A DNA stretch of 64,000 nt. Origin: an uncultured Chloroflexia bacterium. GTDB taxonomy: Bacteria; Chloroflexota; Anaerolineae; Anaerolineales; Villigracilaceae. The translations under genes were made by a program, and so were the position numbers. The stretch's first letter is position 1. Each line of letters begins with the position of its first letter. The DNA lies in the NCBI GenBank assembly GCA_963829615.1, contig CAWHJM010000006.1:125151-189150 (forward strand), written 5' to 3'. Under the pieces are notes generated by a model. It saw only the letters and a list, made by a program, of their open reading frames with translations, searched no databases and was not told the DNA's origin. Positions 1 through 11,474 of this stretch are shown here, piece after piece.

Positions 1-1011
1 ACAATCCGTAGTATTCAGGGTGACGTTTTCGAGTTTTCGGATGGCCAGCCACGCTGGATACCTGCCAGCCGGACCGCGCGCAGAGTCAGTGGCCTGGAGG
101 AATCCAAACTGCTCTATTCGGTTATCGATGTGATGGTAGATGGCTCGAACGTTGTGAACAAATCGCAACAGCGCTTTTATACCCACCCGGGCGACAATTG
201 GGAAATCTCATTACTGTTCTACACCATGCGTGTTGACGCTCGAGATGGCTTGTTTGGGAATACGTTAGGGAAATCGGTGAACCTGGAGTTCCCGGATGGG
301 AGCGTAAAAAATTACCCGCTCGAGAATCGCGTTGCGGAAATTAATTCCCTGGCGCGAGGAATCTACACAATCGAATTTGTTGGAATCAAGGGGATGAGCA
401 ATCGGTCACCAGTTGCGCTTTCTCGCGACCAGGAGGTCCATAGCAAAGTTATCACCTATGTAGATATGGTGGTAGTGGGTTTGCTGGGCATCTTTGTTGC
501 ACTGGGAATGTTGCTTTACGGTCGCCCTAAACTGCTACGTATACTGCTGGGCAAGAAACAACCCGTGCCTGCATTGCAGCCGAATTGGGCATCCAACCAG
601 GTTGTCTTGCAGGAAAGCAGTCCGCTGCCAAATAGCGGATATCGGATTTTCCGATATGATGAAGCTTTAAACCTTGATGCTGCTGCCTTCAAACAACTGA
701 CAGGTGTTGGCCGGGAGAGCTTCGAAAATATGCTGGCATTCTTGCATAGAACGTGGGGCAGCCATGGCAAGAAAACCAAACTAGGTCGGGCGGACCAACT
801 CCTGTTGACGCTCATCTCTTTGAAGGGAGAACAGAGCATTACTCAACTTAGTGAGGCCTATAATATCAGCGAAACCACAGTGCGCCGCACGATCAGAAAA
901 GTGAAAGCAACTTTGGCGAACTTAGATGAGCCTACTTCTTTGGTCAAAGAAACCAATGCGGTGGAGTGGATCTTTATTGAAAAGATTGTGAAGAAAGAAC
1001 TGGATCGCTGA
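1..1011 (+). CDS. C-terminal part of a secreted beta-sandwich protein with C-terminal membrane anchor (paralog of 16251..17632); its 3' end reads through into a transposase remnant
   Basis: Frame 1 is open from nt 1, so the gene starts upstream of the window. Residues encoded by 1..560 align with the C-terminal half of the 17084..17632 ORF (NV(V/I)N(K/Q)S(Q/E)QRFYT, ARG.Y, LSRDQ, a hydrophobic helix followed by GRP(K/R)LL). Similarity stops near nt 560 and the ORF continues into unrelated HTH sequence. Confidence 0.6.
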   Translation, partial: TIRSIQGDVFEFSDGQPRWIPASRTARRVSGLEESKLLYSVIDVMVDGSNVVNKSQQRFYTHPGDNWEISLLFYTMRVDARDGLFGNTLGKSVNLEFPDGSVKNYPLENRVAEINSLARGIYTIEFVGIKGMSNRSPVALSRDQEVHSKVITYVDMVVVGLLGIFVALGMLLYGRPKLLRILLGKKQPVPALQPNWASNQVVLQESSPLPNSGYRIFRYDEALNLDAAAFKQLTGVGRESFENMLAFLHRTWGSHGKKTKLGRADQLLLTLISLKGEQSITQLSEAYNISETTVRRTIRKVKATLANLDEPTSLVKETNAVEWIFIEKIVKKELDR

Positions 1012-1165
1012 AGCAACGAAATCTTTCGAATCGAACGGCCCGTCATCGAGAAAAGGTCAACGGTGAACCGAACCATTTGGGCAGAGAGATTGTCATTGAT
1101 GAACTTGCGATGGATAACTCAGATTCACAACCCGTGAGAGTATTGGTCGATTTCATGAGTTACCC
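640..1165 (+). mobile_element. Decayed IS5/Harbinger-type (DDE_Tnp_4-associated) transposase remnant: HTH part only, catalytic region degraded
   Basis: 'FKQLTGVGRESFENMLAFL...KKTKLGRADQLLLTLISLKGEQSITQLSEAYNISETTVRRTIRKV' fits the pattern of the HTH that precedes DDE_Tnp_4 domains. Downstream of the stop (1012..1165) there are only broken traces in other frames ('IERP', 'NGEPNHLGREIVID'). No terminal inverted repeats were recognised. Confidence 0.45.
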
Positions 1166-1182
1166 GATGGTGGAAGCTGTCT

Positions 1183-2279
1183 ATGAGAAATAAGTGGAAT
1201 GGGTTCGCTCGATGGGTATCTCTTTTTATACTTGGTGCAGTATTCTTTGGCAATTTTACGCCTGCGCAGGCACTACAGCCCCGCGAGTTTAATCCCATCC
1301 CAAAGCTGGCTTACTATTACATCTGGTTTGATAGCACTTCCTGGAATCGAGCAAAGATCGATTACCCACTATTGGGAAACTACTCCAGTGATGACCGGAC
1401 GATTATGCGCCAGCATATTCTGTGGGCGAAAGCTGCAGGGATTGAAGGTTTTATTGTCAGTTGGAAAAGCACGGATGTACTCAACCGGCGTTTGGAGCAG
1501 TTGACCGATCTGGCGAGGAAGAAGATTTCAAATTAACTGTAATCTACCAGGGTTTGGACTTTAATCGGAACCCACTGCCTGCGGACAGGATTGCCGCGGA
1601 TTTGGACTACTTCATCCAGCACTTTGCCGGGCGTAAAGCCTTTGCGTTGTTTGCCAAACCGCTGGTCATCTGGTCGGGAACTTGGAAATTCAGCGAACAG
1701 GACATTGAACGGGTAGTTCAGGATCGCCGCCAATCTCTGCTGATCCTGGCTTCCGAGCGTAACCAGAAGGATTATTTGCGTCTGGCAGACATCGTGGATG
1801 GGGACGCCTATTATTGGTCTTCTGTCAACCCGGATACTTTCCCAGGCTATCAGGAGAAACTGATTGGGATGGGGGAAGCTGTTCACCAGCATGGCGGAAT
1901 TTGGATTCCACCTGCTGCGCCGGGTTTCGATGCTCGCATGGTTGGTGGCACCAGCCAGGTCGAGCGCAAGGATGGGGACACATTTCGCGTGGAGATCAAT
2001 ACCGCTATGGCATCCTCGCCAGATGCGCTTGGCATCATTAGTTGGAATGAGTTCAGTGAGAATAGTCACATCGAACCATCGAAGACATTCGGTTCTTCGT
2101 ATCTGAATGTCTTAAGCGAAATCAACCATTTACCGCCACCGATGATCGGAGAATTTGACTCCAGTGAACCGGCTGCGGAATTTCCTGACCCGCTGACCAG
2201 TTCGCGTGGCATTGCTCTAGGCGGGATCGCGTTCATTGTGATCGCTGGTTTTATTATTATTGCTCGTCGCCGTATTTAA
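1183..2279 (+). CDS. GH99-like (endo-alpha-mannosidase-fold) protein, N-terminal signal/anchor and C-terminal TM helix; interrupted by one frameshift near 1515
   Basis: ORFs 1183..1536 and 1461..2279 join into one protein. Motifs 'AYYYIWFD', 'LGNYSSDD', 'ILWAKAAGIEGFIVSW' and 'ISWNEFSENSHIE' resemble the GH99 family pattern (SFNEWHEGTQIE). The C-terminus 'IAFIVIAGFIIIARRR' is a TM anchor. The frame changes around 'LTDLA|EEDFKLTVIYQGLDF'. Confidence 0.6.
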
Positions 2280-2344
2280 ATAGGCCTTTGGTTTAGAGAA
2301 TTGGGTCGATTTTTTGATTATTTGTTAGTTTGAAGAGGTGTACT

Positions 2345-5300
2345 GTGAAGAAAATATATCGATTTTTATTTAACATCTCCATGGCCTTAACCATTATTTT
2401 TGCATCATTGGCCCCGATGACCCAGCCCGTGTTAGCACAAGGGACTGGTTGTGCATCCAGTTCGCCTTCATCAGGAGCGTATACGGTTACGCTTTGTTTT
2501 TCTGACCCCCTGGATGGCAGCACGCTTGTTGGTGATACTGCTGTTACGGCAACCATTAATGTGTCTGGCACCTCTCCCGGCGTTCAGCGAGTGATTTTTT
2601 ACCTGGATGGGGCTTATCTGCTTACAGATTACCAGAGTCCCTACACATTCACACTGCCTACCGCAAAATGGGTCGATGGCAATCATACCCTTGCTGTTGA
2701 ATCCTTGATGCGTGACGGTTTTATAGCCCAACGAGCCAGCATTTCGGAAAATTTCAATAACAACATTACCTCGCCGCCTGTCAATACCAACCAATTTCAA
2801 CCTTCTACGGGTCAACCCCCGGCTGGTGGTCAATCCTTCTTCGTAGCAGCCTCCGGTGACGGTGCGAGCGGTGAGTTTTATGCCGGACAAGTTGCAGATC
2901 TGGTTGCATCCCTCAACCCCAATCTGTTCTTATATCTGGGTGATGTGTATGAAAAAGGTAGCGTAGCTGAGTTTTACAACTGGTATGGAACACAGACAAC
3001 AAATCTTGGGCGTTTCAAGTCATTCACCAACCCGACGGTTGGAAACCATGAATATGAAAATGGAGCAGCACCAGGATATTTTGATTACTGGGACAATGTT
3101 CCAAACTATTACAGCTATGACGCTGGCGGCTGGCACTTTATTAGTTTGAACTCCAACACAGCCTTTGAACCGGCTGATCCGCAATCTGCTCAATACCAGT
3201 GGCTGCAGCAGGACCTGGCTGCTAACGCCGGGGCTTGTACCATTGCTTATTATCATCATCCCTTATTCAATATTGGAGCAGAAACGCCGAAAACGTCCAT
3301 GTCAGACGCTTGGGCGTTGATGGCCCAATATGGTGTCTCTATTGTGCTCAACGGTCATGATCATGACTACCAACGTTGGGTACCACTGGACGCCAACGGA
3401 CAACCCAGCCCTACCGGGATCACCGAGTTCGTCGCCGGGGGAGCCGGGCATGGTATGCAGACCTTCACTACTACCGATAACCGGGTAGCATACTCGAATG
3501 ACATGAACCCTGCCGCGTTCGGTGTTCTGCTTTTTCAGCTCAATTCGAACGGAGCCAATTTCAGCTACGTGAATACAGCCGGAGATATACTAGATTCGGG
3601 TGTGATCCCCTGTGTGAATTCCGGCCCGGATTCAACCCCTCCGACAGTCCCCGGTAGCTTTACAGCGAATGCTACCAGCGCCACCAACGTGGACCTGACC
3701 TGGTCCGCTTCGAGCGACGATACCGGCGTTAGCGGCTATACCGTGTACCGGGATGGAACGGAAATCGCTACGCTGCCAAGCTCCAGCCTGTCCTACACCG
3801 ATAAAACGGCCCTACCCGAAACCACCTACGCCTATAGTGTAGAAGCCTTTGACCCGTCAGATAATTATTCGGGAGCCTCTGGTCCGATTTCAGTGACCAC
3901 GCCCAGCATGTCGCCTACCCTGACTTTCCAGGTAGAGGCCGATACGTATGTCAATTCTTCCAGCCCTGCCACCAAATATGGTTCGGCGACTGTGCTCCGG
4001 GCAGATGGTTCTCCCGACCTGCATGCTTATCTTCGCTTTACTGTGCAGGGGCTGGCAGGCTATCCTGTTGATCAGGCCATATTGCGACTGTATGCCAATA
4101 ACTCAACGAGCCTGGGCATCAGCGCGGTTGCCGTTGCAGACAATACCTGGGATGAATTCAATATGACTTACGGCAATGCCCCTGCTCTGGGAAGCGAACT
4201 GGCAGCCTCGGGTGCGTACACATCGGGGAATTGGGTTGACCTGGATGTCACTTCTTATGTCACCGGGGAAGGCACGTATAGTTTTGGAATTACCACGCCT
4301 GGTTCTTCTACACTTAGTTTCCCTTCGCGTGAATCTGGGAGCAAATGCACCTCAGTTGATTATCAATTTCCTGAATAGCGGTTTGGATACGGAACCGCCC
4401 AGCGTGCCCACCGGGTTGGCGGCGAACGCTTCGGGCCCCGGACAGGTGGACCTGAGTTGGAGTTGCTTCAACTGATAATGTAGGGGTTACCGGTTATACA
4501 ATTTATCGGGACGGAACGGCACTGGACACTGTTCCCGATACCAACCTTTCTTATAGTGATACAACTGCCTCGCCAAATACCACCTATCAGTACACTGTAG
4601 ATGCCTTTGATGCAGACAACAACCATTCGGCCCAGTCTGATCCAGTTTCTGTCACTACCCCTGGCGCTCCTTCTAGCCTGACTCTGATCCCCGTCATGGA
4701 TGCCTATGTAAATGCCGGCAGTGCGAATACGAACTACGGTCACTCCACCAGTTTGCGAGCGGATGGGTCGCCGGATGTACACAGCTATATCCGTTTTGAT
4801 GTGCAGGGTACCGGTGGCGCTCCTATCAGCCGCGCTCGTCTGTTTATCTACGCCAATAGCAGTTCGACGTCTGGTCTAGATGTCGAAGGTGTCAGTGATA
4901 ATAGCTGGGATGAATATACTGTGACTTCTGCCAATGGACCGGCGTTGGGCAGCATTCTGGCATCCTCTCCGCCGGTAACAGGCGGCACCTGGATTGCGTT
5001 CGATGTCACTTCTTATGTCACTGCGGAAGGTTCGATCAATTTTGGTGTTTCCACAGCTGGTCCGACAGCTATAAGCCTGGCCTCTCGTGAATTCGGGCGC
5101 CAATTCACCGCAGTTGATCGTCGATTTCCAGACAGGCGGTCCGGATACCCAGGCGCCTGATGTTCCTACTGGATTGGCGGCGAATGCAGTGGGTACCACT
5201 CAGGTGGACTTAAGTTGGAATGCCTCCACCGATAATCTGGCTGTTGCTGGTTACACAATTTATCGCGATGGAACTGAGCTCGCAACTGTCTCGGACACCA

Positions 5301-8300
5301 GCCTGAGTTATAGCGACACGACTGTTGTATCTGCCACCACCTACCAATACAGTGTAGATGCGTTCGATGCGGCTGGGAACCACTCAGCCGCCAGTTCTCC
5401 AGTTTCCGTCACTACTCCGGATACCCCACCCACCGTCCCAACGGGCTTGACGGCGAATGCAGTGAGTTCCACCCAGGTGGACTTGAGTTGGATTGCCTCC
5501 ACGGATAATGTAGCCGTCGCCGGGTACACGATCTACCGGGATGGGACAGCCTCACGACTGTCCCGGATACGAGCCTGTCCTACAGCGACACGAGCGTCTT
5601 GCCTGGCATCACCTACAGCTATGCGGTGGATGCCTTTGATGGAGGAGGCAACCATTCCGCGACTTCGACGCCGGTTACGGTGACCACGCCTGACACAGAG
5701 CCGCCCAGTATCCCGACCGGATTGGCGGCCAACGCTTCGAGCGCCACTCAGGTGGATTTGAGTTGGGTTGCTTCTACGGATAATGTGGCGGTTACAGGCT
5801 ATACGATCTATCGAGACGGTTCGTCACTTGGCACTGTTTCCGGTTCGACCCTGAGCTATAGCGACACGACTGCCTCGCCGAACACCACTTATCAGTACAG
5901 TGTAGATGCCTTTGATGGGGCTGGCAATCATTCGGCTACTTCCGCTCCGGTTTCTGTCACCACCCCGGACGTTCCCTCCAGTTTGACCTTTGTGCCGGTC
6001 ATGGATGCCTATGTGAATGCCGGCAGTGCGAATACGAACTACGGTCACTCCACCAGTTTGCGAGCAGATGGATCGCCGGATGTGCACAGCTATATTCGTT
6101 TTGACGTGCAGGGTACCGGTGGCGCTCCTATCAGCCGCGCTCGTCTGTTTATCTACGCCAATAGCAGTTCGACCTCTGGCCTGGATGTCGAAGCGGTCAG
6201 TGATAATAGCTGGGATGAATATACTGTGACTTCTGCCAATGGACCGGCGTTGGGCAGCATTCTGGCCTCCTCTCCGCCGGTAACAGGCGGCACCTGGATC
6301 GCGTTCGATGTCACTTCTTATGTCACTGCGGAAGGTTCGATCAATTTTGGTGTTTCCACAGCTGGTCCGACAGCTATAAGCCTGGCCTCTCGTGAATCGG
6401 GCGCCAATTCTCCGCAGTTGATCGTTGATTTCCAGACGGGCGGTCCGGATACCCAGGCGCCTGATGTTCCCACTGGATTAGTGGCGAACGCTGCGGGTGC
6501 CACTCAGGTAGATTTGAGTTGGAGTGCATCTGCGGATAATGTGGCCGTTACAGGCTATACGGTTTACCGGGATGGCTCGTCAATTGCCACGGTTTCTGGT
6601 TCGACCCTGAGTTATAGCGACACGACTGTTGTATCTGCCACCACCTATCAATACAGTGTGGATGCTTTCGATGCGGCTGGTAACCACTCGGCTGCCAGTT
6701 CTCCGGCATCAGCAACGACTCCGGATAATCCGCCTACAGTCCCAACGGGCTTGACGGCAAATGCAGCGGGTTCCACTCAGGTAGACTTGAGTTGGATTGC
6801 CTCTACGGATAATGTAGCCGTCGCCGGGTACACGATTTACCGGGATGGGACAGCACTCACGACCGTCCCGGATACAAGCCTGTCCTACAGCGACACGGGC
6901 GTCCTGCCTGGCATCACCTACAGCTATGCGGTGGATGCCTTCGATGGCGCGGGCAACCATTCAGCAACATCGGCCCCGGTTACGGTGACCACGCCTGATA
7001 CGCAAGCACCCAGTATCCCGACTGGATTGGCGGCGAACGCGTCGAGTGCCACTCAGGTGGACTTGAGTTGGGTTGCCTCCACGGACAATGTAGCGGTCAC
7101 TGGCTACACAATTTATCGGAACAGCTCGTCAGTTGGTACCGTTTCTGGTACAACCTTGAGCTACAGTGACACGACTGCCTCGCCAAACACCACCTATCAG
7201 TACAGTGTAGATGCCTTCGATGGGGCAGGCAACCATTCAACCGCTGCCGCTCCGGTTTCCGCTACTACTCCCGACGTTCCCTCCAACCTGACCCTCACAC
7301 CGGATGCAGATGCGTACGTGAACTCGAGTAGCTCAAGCACCAATTATGGTTCATCGTCCGCTTTGCGCGCAGATGGTTCGCCGCCCATCAACAGCTACGT
7401 ACGCTTCACCGTTCCAAGCCTGGGCGGTAACCCAATCAGCCAGGCCCAATTGTTGATCCACGCGAATAGCAGTTCAACGAGTGGATTGACCGCCTTGACG
7501 GTTGCAGATAACACCTGGGGCGAGGGCACGATCACGTATGCTAATGCACCAGCAATGGGTAGCGCTTTGGAAACATCCCCGCCGGTAACGGGTGGTACCT
7601 GGATCACATTCGACGTGACTTCCTACGTGACCAGTGCGGGCACATACAGCTTTGGAATTTCCACGCCCGGTACAACGGCCATTGGTCTCGAATCTCGTGA
7701 ATCGGGCGCCACTTCTCCTCAATTGATCATCAACCTCCAGGCGGGTGGCGGCGGCCCCGACACGCAAGCGCCCACTACCCCAACCGGGTTGACTGCGAAT
7801 GCGGCGGGTTCTACCCAGGTGGACTTGAACTGGAGCGCTTCTACCGACAATGTAGCTGTTACTGGTTATACAGTCTACCGGGATGGTTCGCCAATTACCA
7901 CTGTTTCCGGTTCGACCTTGAGCTATAGTGACACGACTGTCTCGCCCGCTACTACCTATCAGTACAGTGTGGATGCCTTCGATGGGGCGGGCAACACCTC
8001 GGCTGCTACCACTCCGGTTTCCATTACTACCCCGGATGTTCCCTCCAGCCTGACTCTCACGCCAGACGCAGATGCATACGTGAACTCAAGCAACTCGAGC
8101 AACAACTATGGTTCATCGACTGCTCTGCGTGCGGATGGCTCACCGCCAGTCAACAGCTATGTGCGCTTCACCGTCTCGGGTTTGGGTGGCAGTTCAATCG
8201 GTCAGGCCCAGTTGTTGATTTATGCCAATAGCAGCTCCTCGGGTGGCTTGACCGCCTTGACGGTTGCAGATAACACCTGGGGAGAAAACACGATCACGTA

Positions 8301-8505
8301 TGCCAATGCACCGGCAATGGGCAGCGTTCTGGGATCTTCCCCGTCGGTGTCGGGTGGTACCTGGATCGCGTTCAATGTGACTTCTTATGTGACCAATGAA
8401 GGTACATTCAGCTTTGGGGTTTCCACGCCCGGTGCGACGGCTATCAGCCTTGCCTCTCGTGAATCGGGTGCTACTTCTCCACAGTTGATTCTAACCTTGC
8501 AATAG
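2345..8505 (+). CDS. Giant secreted protein (~2050 aa if repaired): signal peptide, Ig-like domain, calcineurin-type metallophosphoesterase, then 9 FN3 and 5 DNRLRE/CBM96-like beta-sandwich modules; 4 frameshifts
   Basis: GTG 2345 follows a GAAGAGG RBS (the ORF track starts at TTG 2330). Metallophosphoesterase motifs are present: GDVYEKG, GNHEY, HHP, GHDHDYQR. FN3 units read 'P.(V/I)PTGL.ANA....QVDLSW.AS.DN..V.GYT.YRDG...YSDT...TY.Y.V.AFD..GN.S'. The other module reads 'DAYVN....NYG....LRADGSP....Y.RF.V..L.......A.L..YAN...W.E...TY.NAP....SRESG...PQLI'. ORFs 2330..4378, 4176..4475, 4696..5160, 5087..5683 and 5599..8505 are colinear pieces joined by indels at ~4333, ~4453, ~5092 (each +1) and ~5550 (-1). 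Confidence 0.75.
4385..7270 (+). repeat. Tandem 1305-bp (435-codon) coding repeat [FN3-DNRLRE-FN3-FN3]: two full copies plus a partial third
   Basis: Matching landmarks at 4400/5706/7011 give offsets of 1306 (1305 after indel correction) and 1305. The DNRLRE modules at 4696..5085 and 6001..6390 differ at only about a dozen positions by eye. Confidence 0.85.
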
Positions 8506-8657
8506 GTTGCCAATATGTAACAGCAAAGCAGCAGACAACGGCTCCTAGCTCTTTCATCATCGAAACGCTCATACTTGTATGTCTGCCGGCCTCAACAAGC
8601 AAGATAGCAATGCTTCTATTTCCTAAACATACTAATAAATTTTAAGAGAGATACAAA

Positions 8658-10563
8658 TTGAAAAAACTTCTTTCCTTAATAATGTTTTGCTTAATTCTGA
8701 CAGGATGTGCCGGTGTGGATCCCAATGCAGCCACAGTTCAACCGGATCCCACTATTACCGGAATTGCTACACAACCGCCGACAGCCACCGCAACTTTCAC
8801 GCCCTTACCGGGGCCATCCCCAACACCACAGGTTGATCCGCAGACGCAAATCCCTAATTTCGATCACATTGTCATGATTGTGTTGGAGAATCGAGACTAT
8901 GCTGATGTAATTGGCAGTTCGCACATGCCACACCTGAATGAACTTGCCAAGCAAAATGTGCTGCTCTCCAATTATTTCGCTGTACGACACCCAAGTCTTC
9001 CAAATTATATTGCCCTGGTAAGTGGCAGTACACAAAATATCAGCAGCGATTGTAAGGATTGTTTTGTGGATCAACCCAATCTAGCCGACCTGATTGAAAC
9101 CAGTGGGCGAACCTGGAAAGCGTATATGGAGGATATGCCATCACCCTGTTTTGTAGGGGATGCGGATCCTTACGCCCAGAAGCACAATCCATTTATCTAT
9201 TTCGACTCAGTCCGTCTCAATGCTGCTCGCTGCGAAAATGACATTGTCCCTATGACACAGTTGGATACTGACTTGGCTGCCAACTCACTACCGAATTTTT
9301 CCTACGTCATGCCTAATATGTGTAACTCGGCCCATGATTGCTCCTTAGAGACAGCTGATAACTGGGTCAATGATATGGTTGCAAAATTACAAGCATCTTC
9401 GGCATTCAGTGGAAATACCCTGATCGCTATTACTTTCGACGAAGGCGATAAGAAAAACACTGGCTCTTGCTGTGGACTGGGAAGTGAGGCTGGCGGGCAG
9501 GTTGCAACAGTACTTATTTCTCCGGTGGCCAGACGAGGTTTTGAAGATGGCACTGCGTATTCTCACTATAGTCTGCTTAAGACGATTCTGGAGGCCTGGG
9601 GCCTGCCTGATCTTGGCCAGACGCAACAGGCAGAAACTCAACCGATCATCGCGCCGTGGAGCGTTAAGCAAAGCCAGCCAACAGGGACGAATACTCAGCC
9701 TCCTGTCGCGACTTCCACGCCTGCTTCTTCTGCTTCCACCGGGAATGAATTGTCGTTCCCTATCCGCGCGGCCTTCTACTATAGCTGGTTCCCCGAGTTC
9801 GTGGGATCAGAATGATTTGAATCCATACTCTCATTACCAACCAACCTTGGGTTATTACAGTGAAGATGATCCGGCTGTGATCGCGCAGCATATCGCAGCC
9901 ATGCAATATGGAAAAATCCAGGCTGGAATCGCTTCCTGGTGGGGTCAGGGTCACTATACTGATCAACGTGTGCCCGCACTTTTAAAGGCGGGAGAGGAGA
10001 CTGGCTTCCGTTGGTCATTGTATATTGAAAGTGAAGGGTACGGGGATCCTTCGGTGGATAGTATCCGCTCGGATCTGGAATATATCCGTGACCAGTATGC
10101 CAGTTCTTCTTCTTATTTGAAAATTGACGATCGCTTCGTTGTCTTTGTATATGCAGACCGGGATGATGGTTGCAGTATGGCCAGTCGTTGGGCGCAGGCT
10201 AACACGGTTGGGGCGTATTTGGTGTTGAAAGTGTTTTCGGGCTATCGCACCTGCCCTGACCAACCTGATACCTGGCACCAGTATGCTCCGGACCTTGCTC
10301 AAAAGCAAGTGGGTTCGAATAGCTTCACAATCAGCCCTGGCTTCTGGAAGGCAGATGACCCCGATCCGCGCCTGGAGCGTGACATCGAACGTTGGACTGC
10401 TGATGTCCGGGCACTGGTCGCAGCACAGTCCAAATTCCATCTTATAACCACTTTCAATGAATGGGGTGAAGGCTCCTCAATCGAAAGCGCGTCGGGCTGG
10501 GAAAGCCCTTCCGGCTATGGTCTTTATTTGGATGCGCTTCACTATGATGGCGTTATGCCGTAG
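8658..10563 (+). CDS. Lipoprotein fusing a PF04185-type phosphoesterase (acid phosphatase/phospholipase C family) to a C-terminal GH99-like domain; one +1 frameshift in a CCCC run at 9791-9794
   Basis: It has a lipobox (LILTGCAG) and a Pro/Thr linker. 'HIVMIVLENRDY', 'SLPNY' and 'ITFDEGD' are typical of the phosphoesterase family. After a second PT-rich linker comes 'AFYYSWFP|SSWDQN...YQPTLGYYSEDD...IASWWGQG...ITTFNEWGEGSSIE' (GH99-like). ORFs 8658..9815 and 9472..10563 overlap at the shift. Confidence 0.7.
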
Positions 10564-10614
10564 AAACGTGCTATCAACAAGAAATGATTATTTTTTGAAA
10601 GGAGAAATTTTAAA

Positions 10615-11166
10615 ATGGATAACTATGGACGGATTTTAAGCTTTGATGAGTTCGACCAAATTCGCGATCAGTTAGGGCGAATTGTAGCGACATCGGGTGG
10701 TTTTGATCCACTTCACCCGGGTCATTCATCCTGCATTATCGAATCCAAAAAACATGGGGATACACTCGTGGTGATCGTCAACGGCGATAGCTTTCTTCGG
10801 CGGAAAAAAGGCAAGGAATTTATGGATCTGCAAACGCGCTGCCACATCGTCTCCTGTTTGCGTGAAGTCGATTATGTGATCCCGTTTGAAATCGAAAATG
10901 ATCAAACCGTCTGTGAAGCGCTGCGTCGCATACGTCCACATGTGTTTACCAAAGGCGGTGACCGGGTTGATTTCACCAATATTCCTGAATGGCAGGTATG
11001 TCAGGAATTGGGAATCGATTTGGTTGCACAAGTGGGCAAACCAAAACTCTGGAGCAGTTCGGATTTCCTTAAGGAGTGGGGCGAGTTTTGGAGCGCTACA
11101 TACAAAGAAGCTGAGCCTATAGGTATTCTCGCAAAAAGACCGGTAGAGGCGCTATCCAAGCAATAG
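10615..11166 (+). CDS. Cytidylyl/adenylyltransferase-family protein (HxGH nucleotidyltransferase, TagD / RfaE-domain-II-like)
   Basis: The signature 'SGGFDPLHPGH' (GxFDxxHxGH) is present, and the C-terminal 'WSSSDF' resembles the ISST-type motif. Size is 183 aa, with an RBS AAAGGAG upstream. Confidence 0.7.
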   Translation: MDNYGRILSFDEFDQIRDQLGRIVATSGGFDPLHPGHSSCIIESKKHGDTLVVIVNGDSFLRRKKGKEFMDLQTRCHIVSCLREVDYVIPFEIENDQTVCEALRRIRPHVFTKGGDRVDFTNIPEWQVCQELGIDLVAQVGKPKLWSSSDFLKEWGEFWSATYKEAEPIGILAKRPVEALSKQ

Positions 11167-11219
11167 GGATCCGGTTCTTTACCGTTTTTTCTCTGTTCAA
11201 TTAGGGGGTGAATCTGGCT

Positions 11220-11250
11220 CACCACAGAGCAGCCTAGCTGCTCTGTGGTG
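11220..11250. terminator. Perfect 14-bp stem / 3-nt loop hairpin between convergent ORFs (no U tract)
   Basis: CACCACAGAGCAGC-CTA-GCTGCTCTGTGGTG. It lies downstream of 10615..11166. It lacks a T-run, so terminator function is uncertain. Confidence 0.3.
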
Positions 11251-11474
11251 GACGGTTACCGATATAGTTTTCCGGGTTCAGTTGCAATTTCTGTTCGCCG
11301 CGCTCAATAAGAGAGGCTATGTTCAATTCGTTTACACGGGAGCAGGCTTTGGGTCTGGTTTGATTCGCAGGGATATCCTTTTGCAGGAAATAGCTGTCAG
11401 TGGATGTGGTCCGAGAACTGTAATCCATCCGGTCGATTCCAGTTGACAGTATAATTCGCCATCAGGAGAGTCTC

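Noticed and set aside
3640-8505. Highly repetitive DNA that could be mistaken for a CRISPR or minisatellite array
   Set aside because: The repeats are 260-450 bp protein-domain units (FN3/DNRLRE) in one continuous reading frame. There are no short direct repeats with unique spacers and no cas genes.
8517-8542. GTAAC-N17-CGGC upstream of the phosphoesterase-GH99 fusion gene as a member of the ECF regulon
   Set aside because: The spacing and the -10 element differ from the two sigma-proximal motifs, and the extended ACCCGTAACTTTTT 14-mer is absent. A single GTAAC pentamer is expected by chance, so this needs a genome-wide scan.
11443-11455. TTGACA immediately followed (1-nt gap) by TATAAT upstream of the PLD gene as a consensus promoter
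   Set aside because: The two hexamers are adjacent rather than ~17 bp apart, so they cannot act as a -35/-10 pair. TATAAT alone may be a -10, but there is no matching -35 or TG extension.
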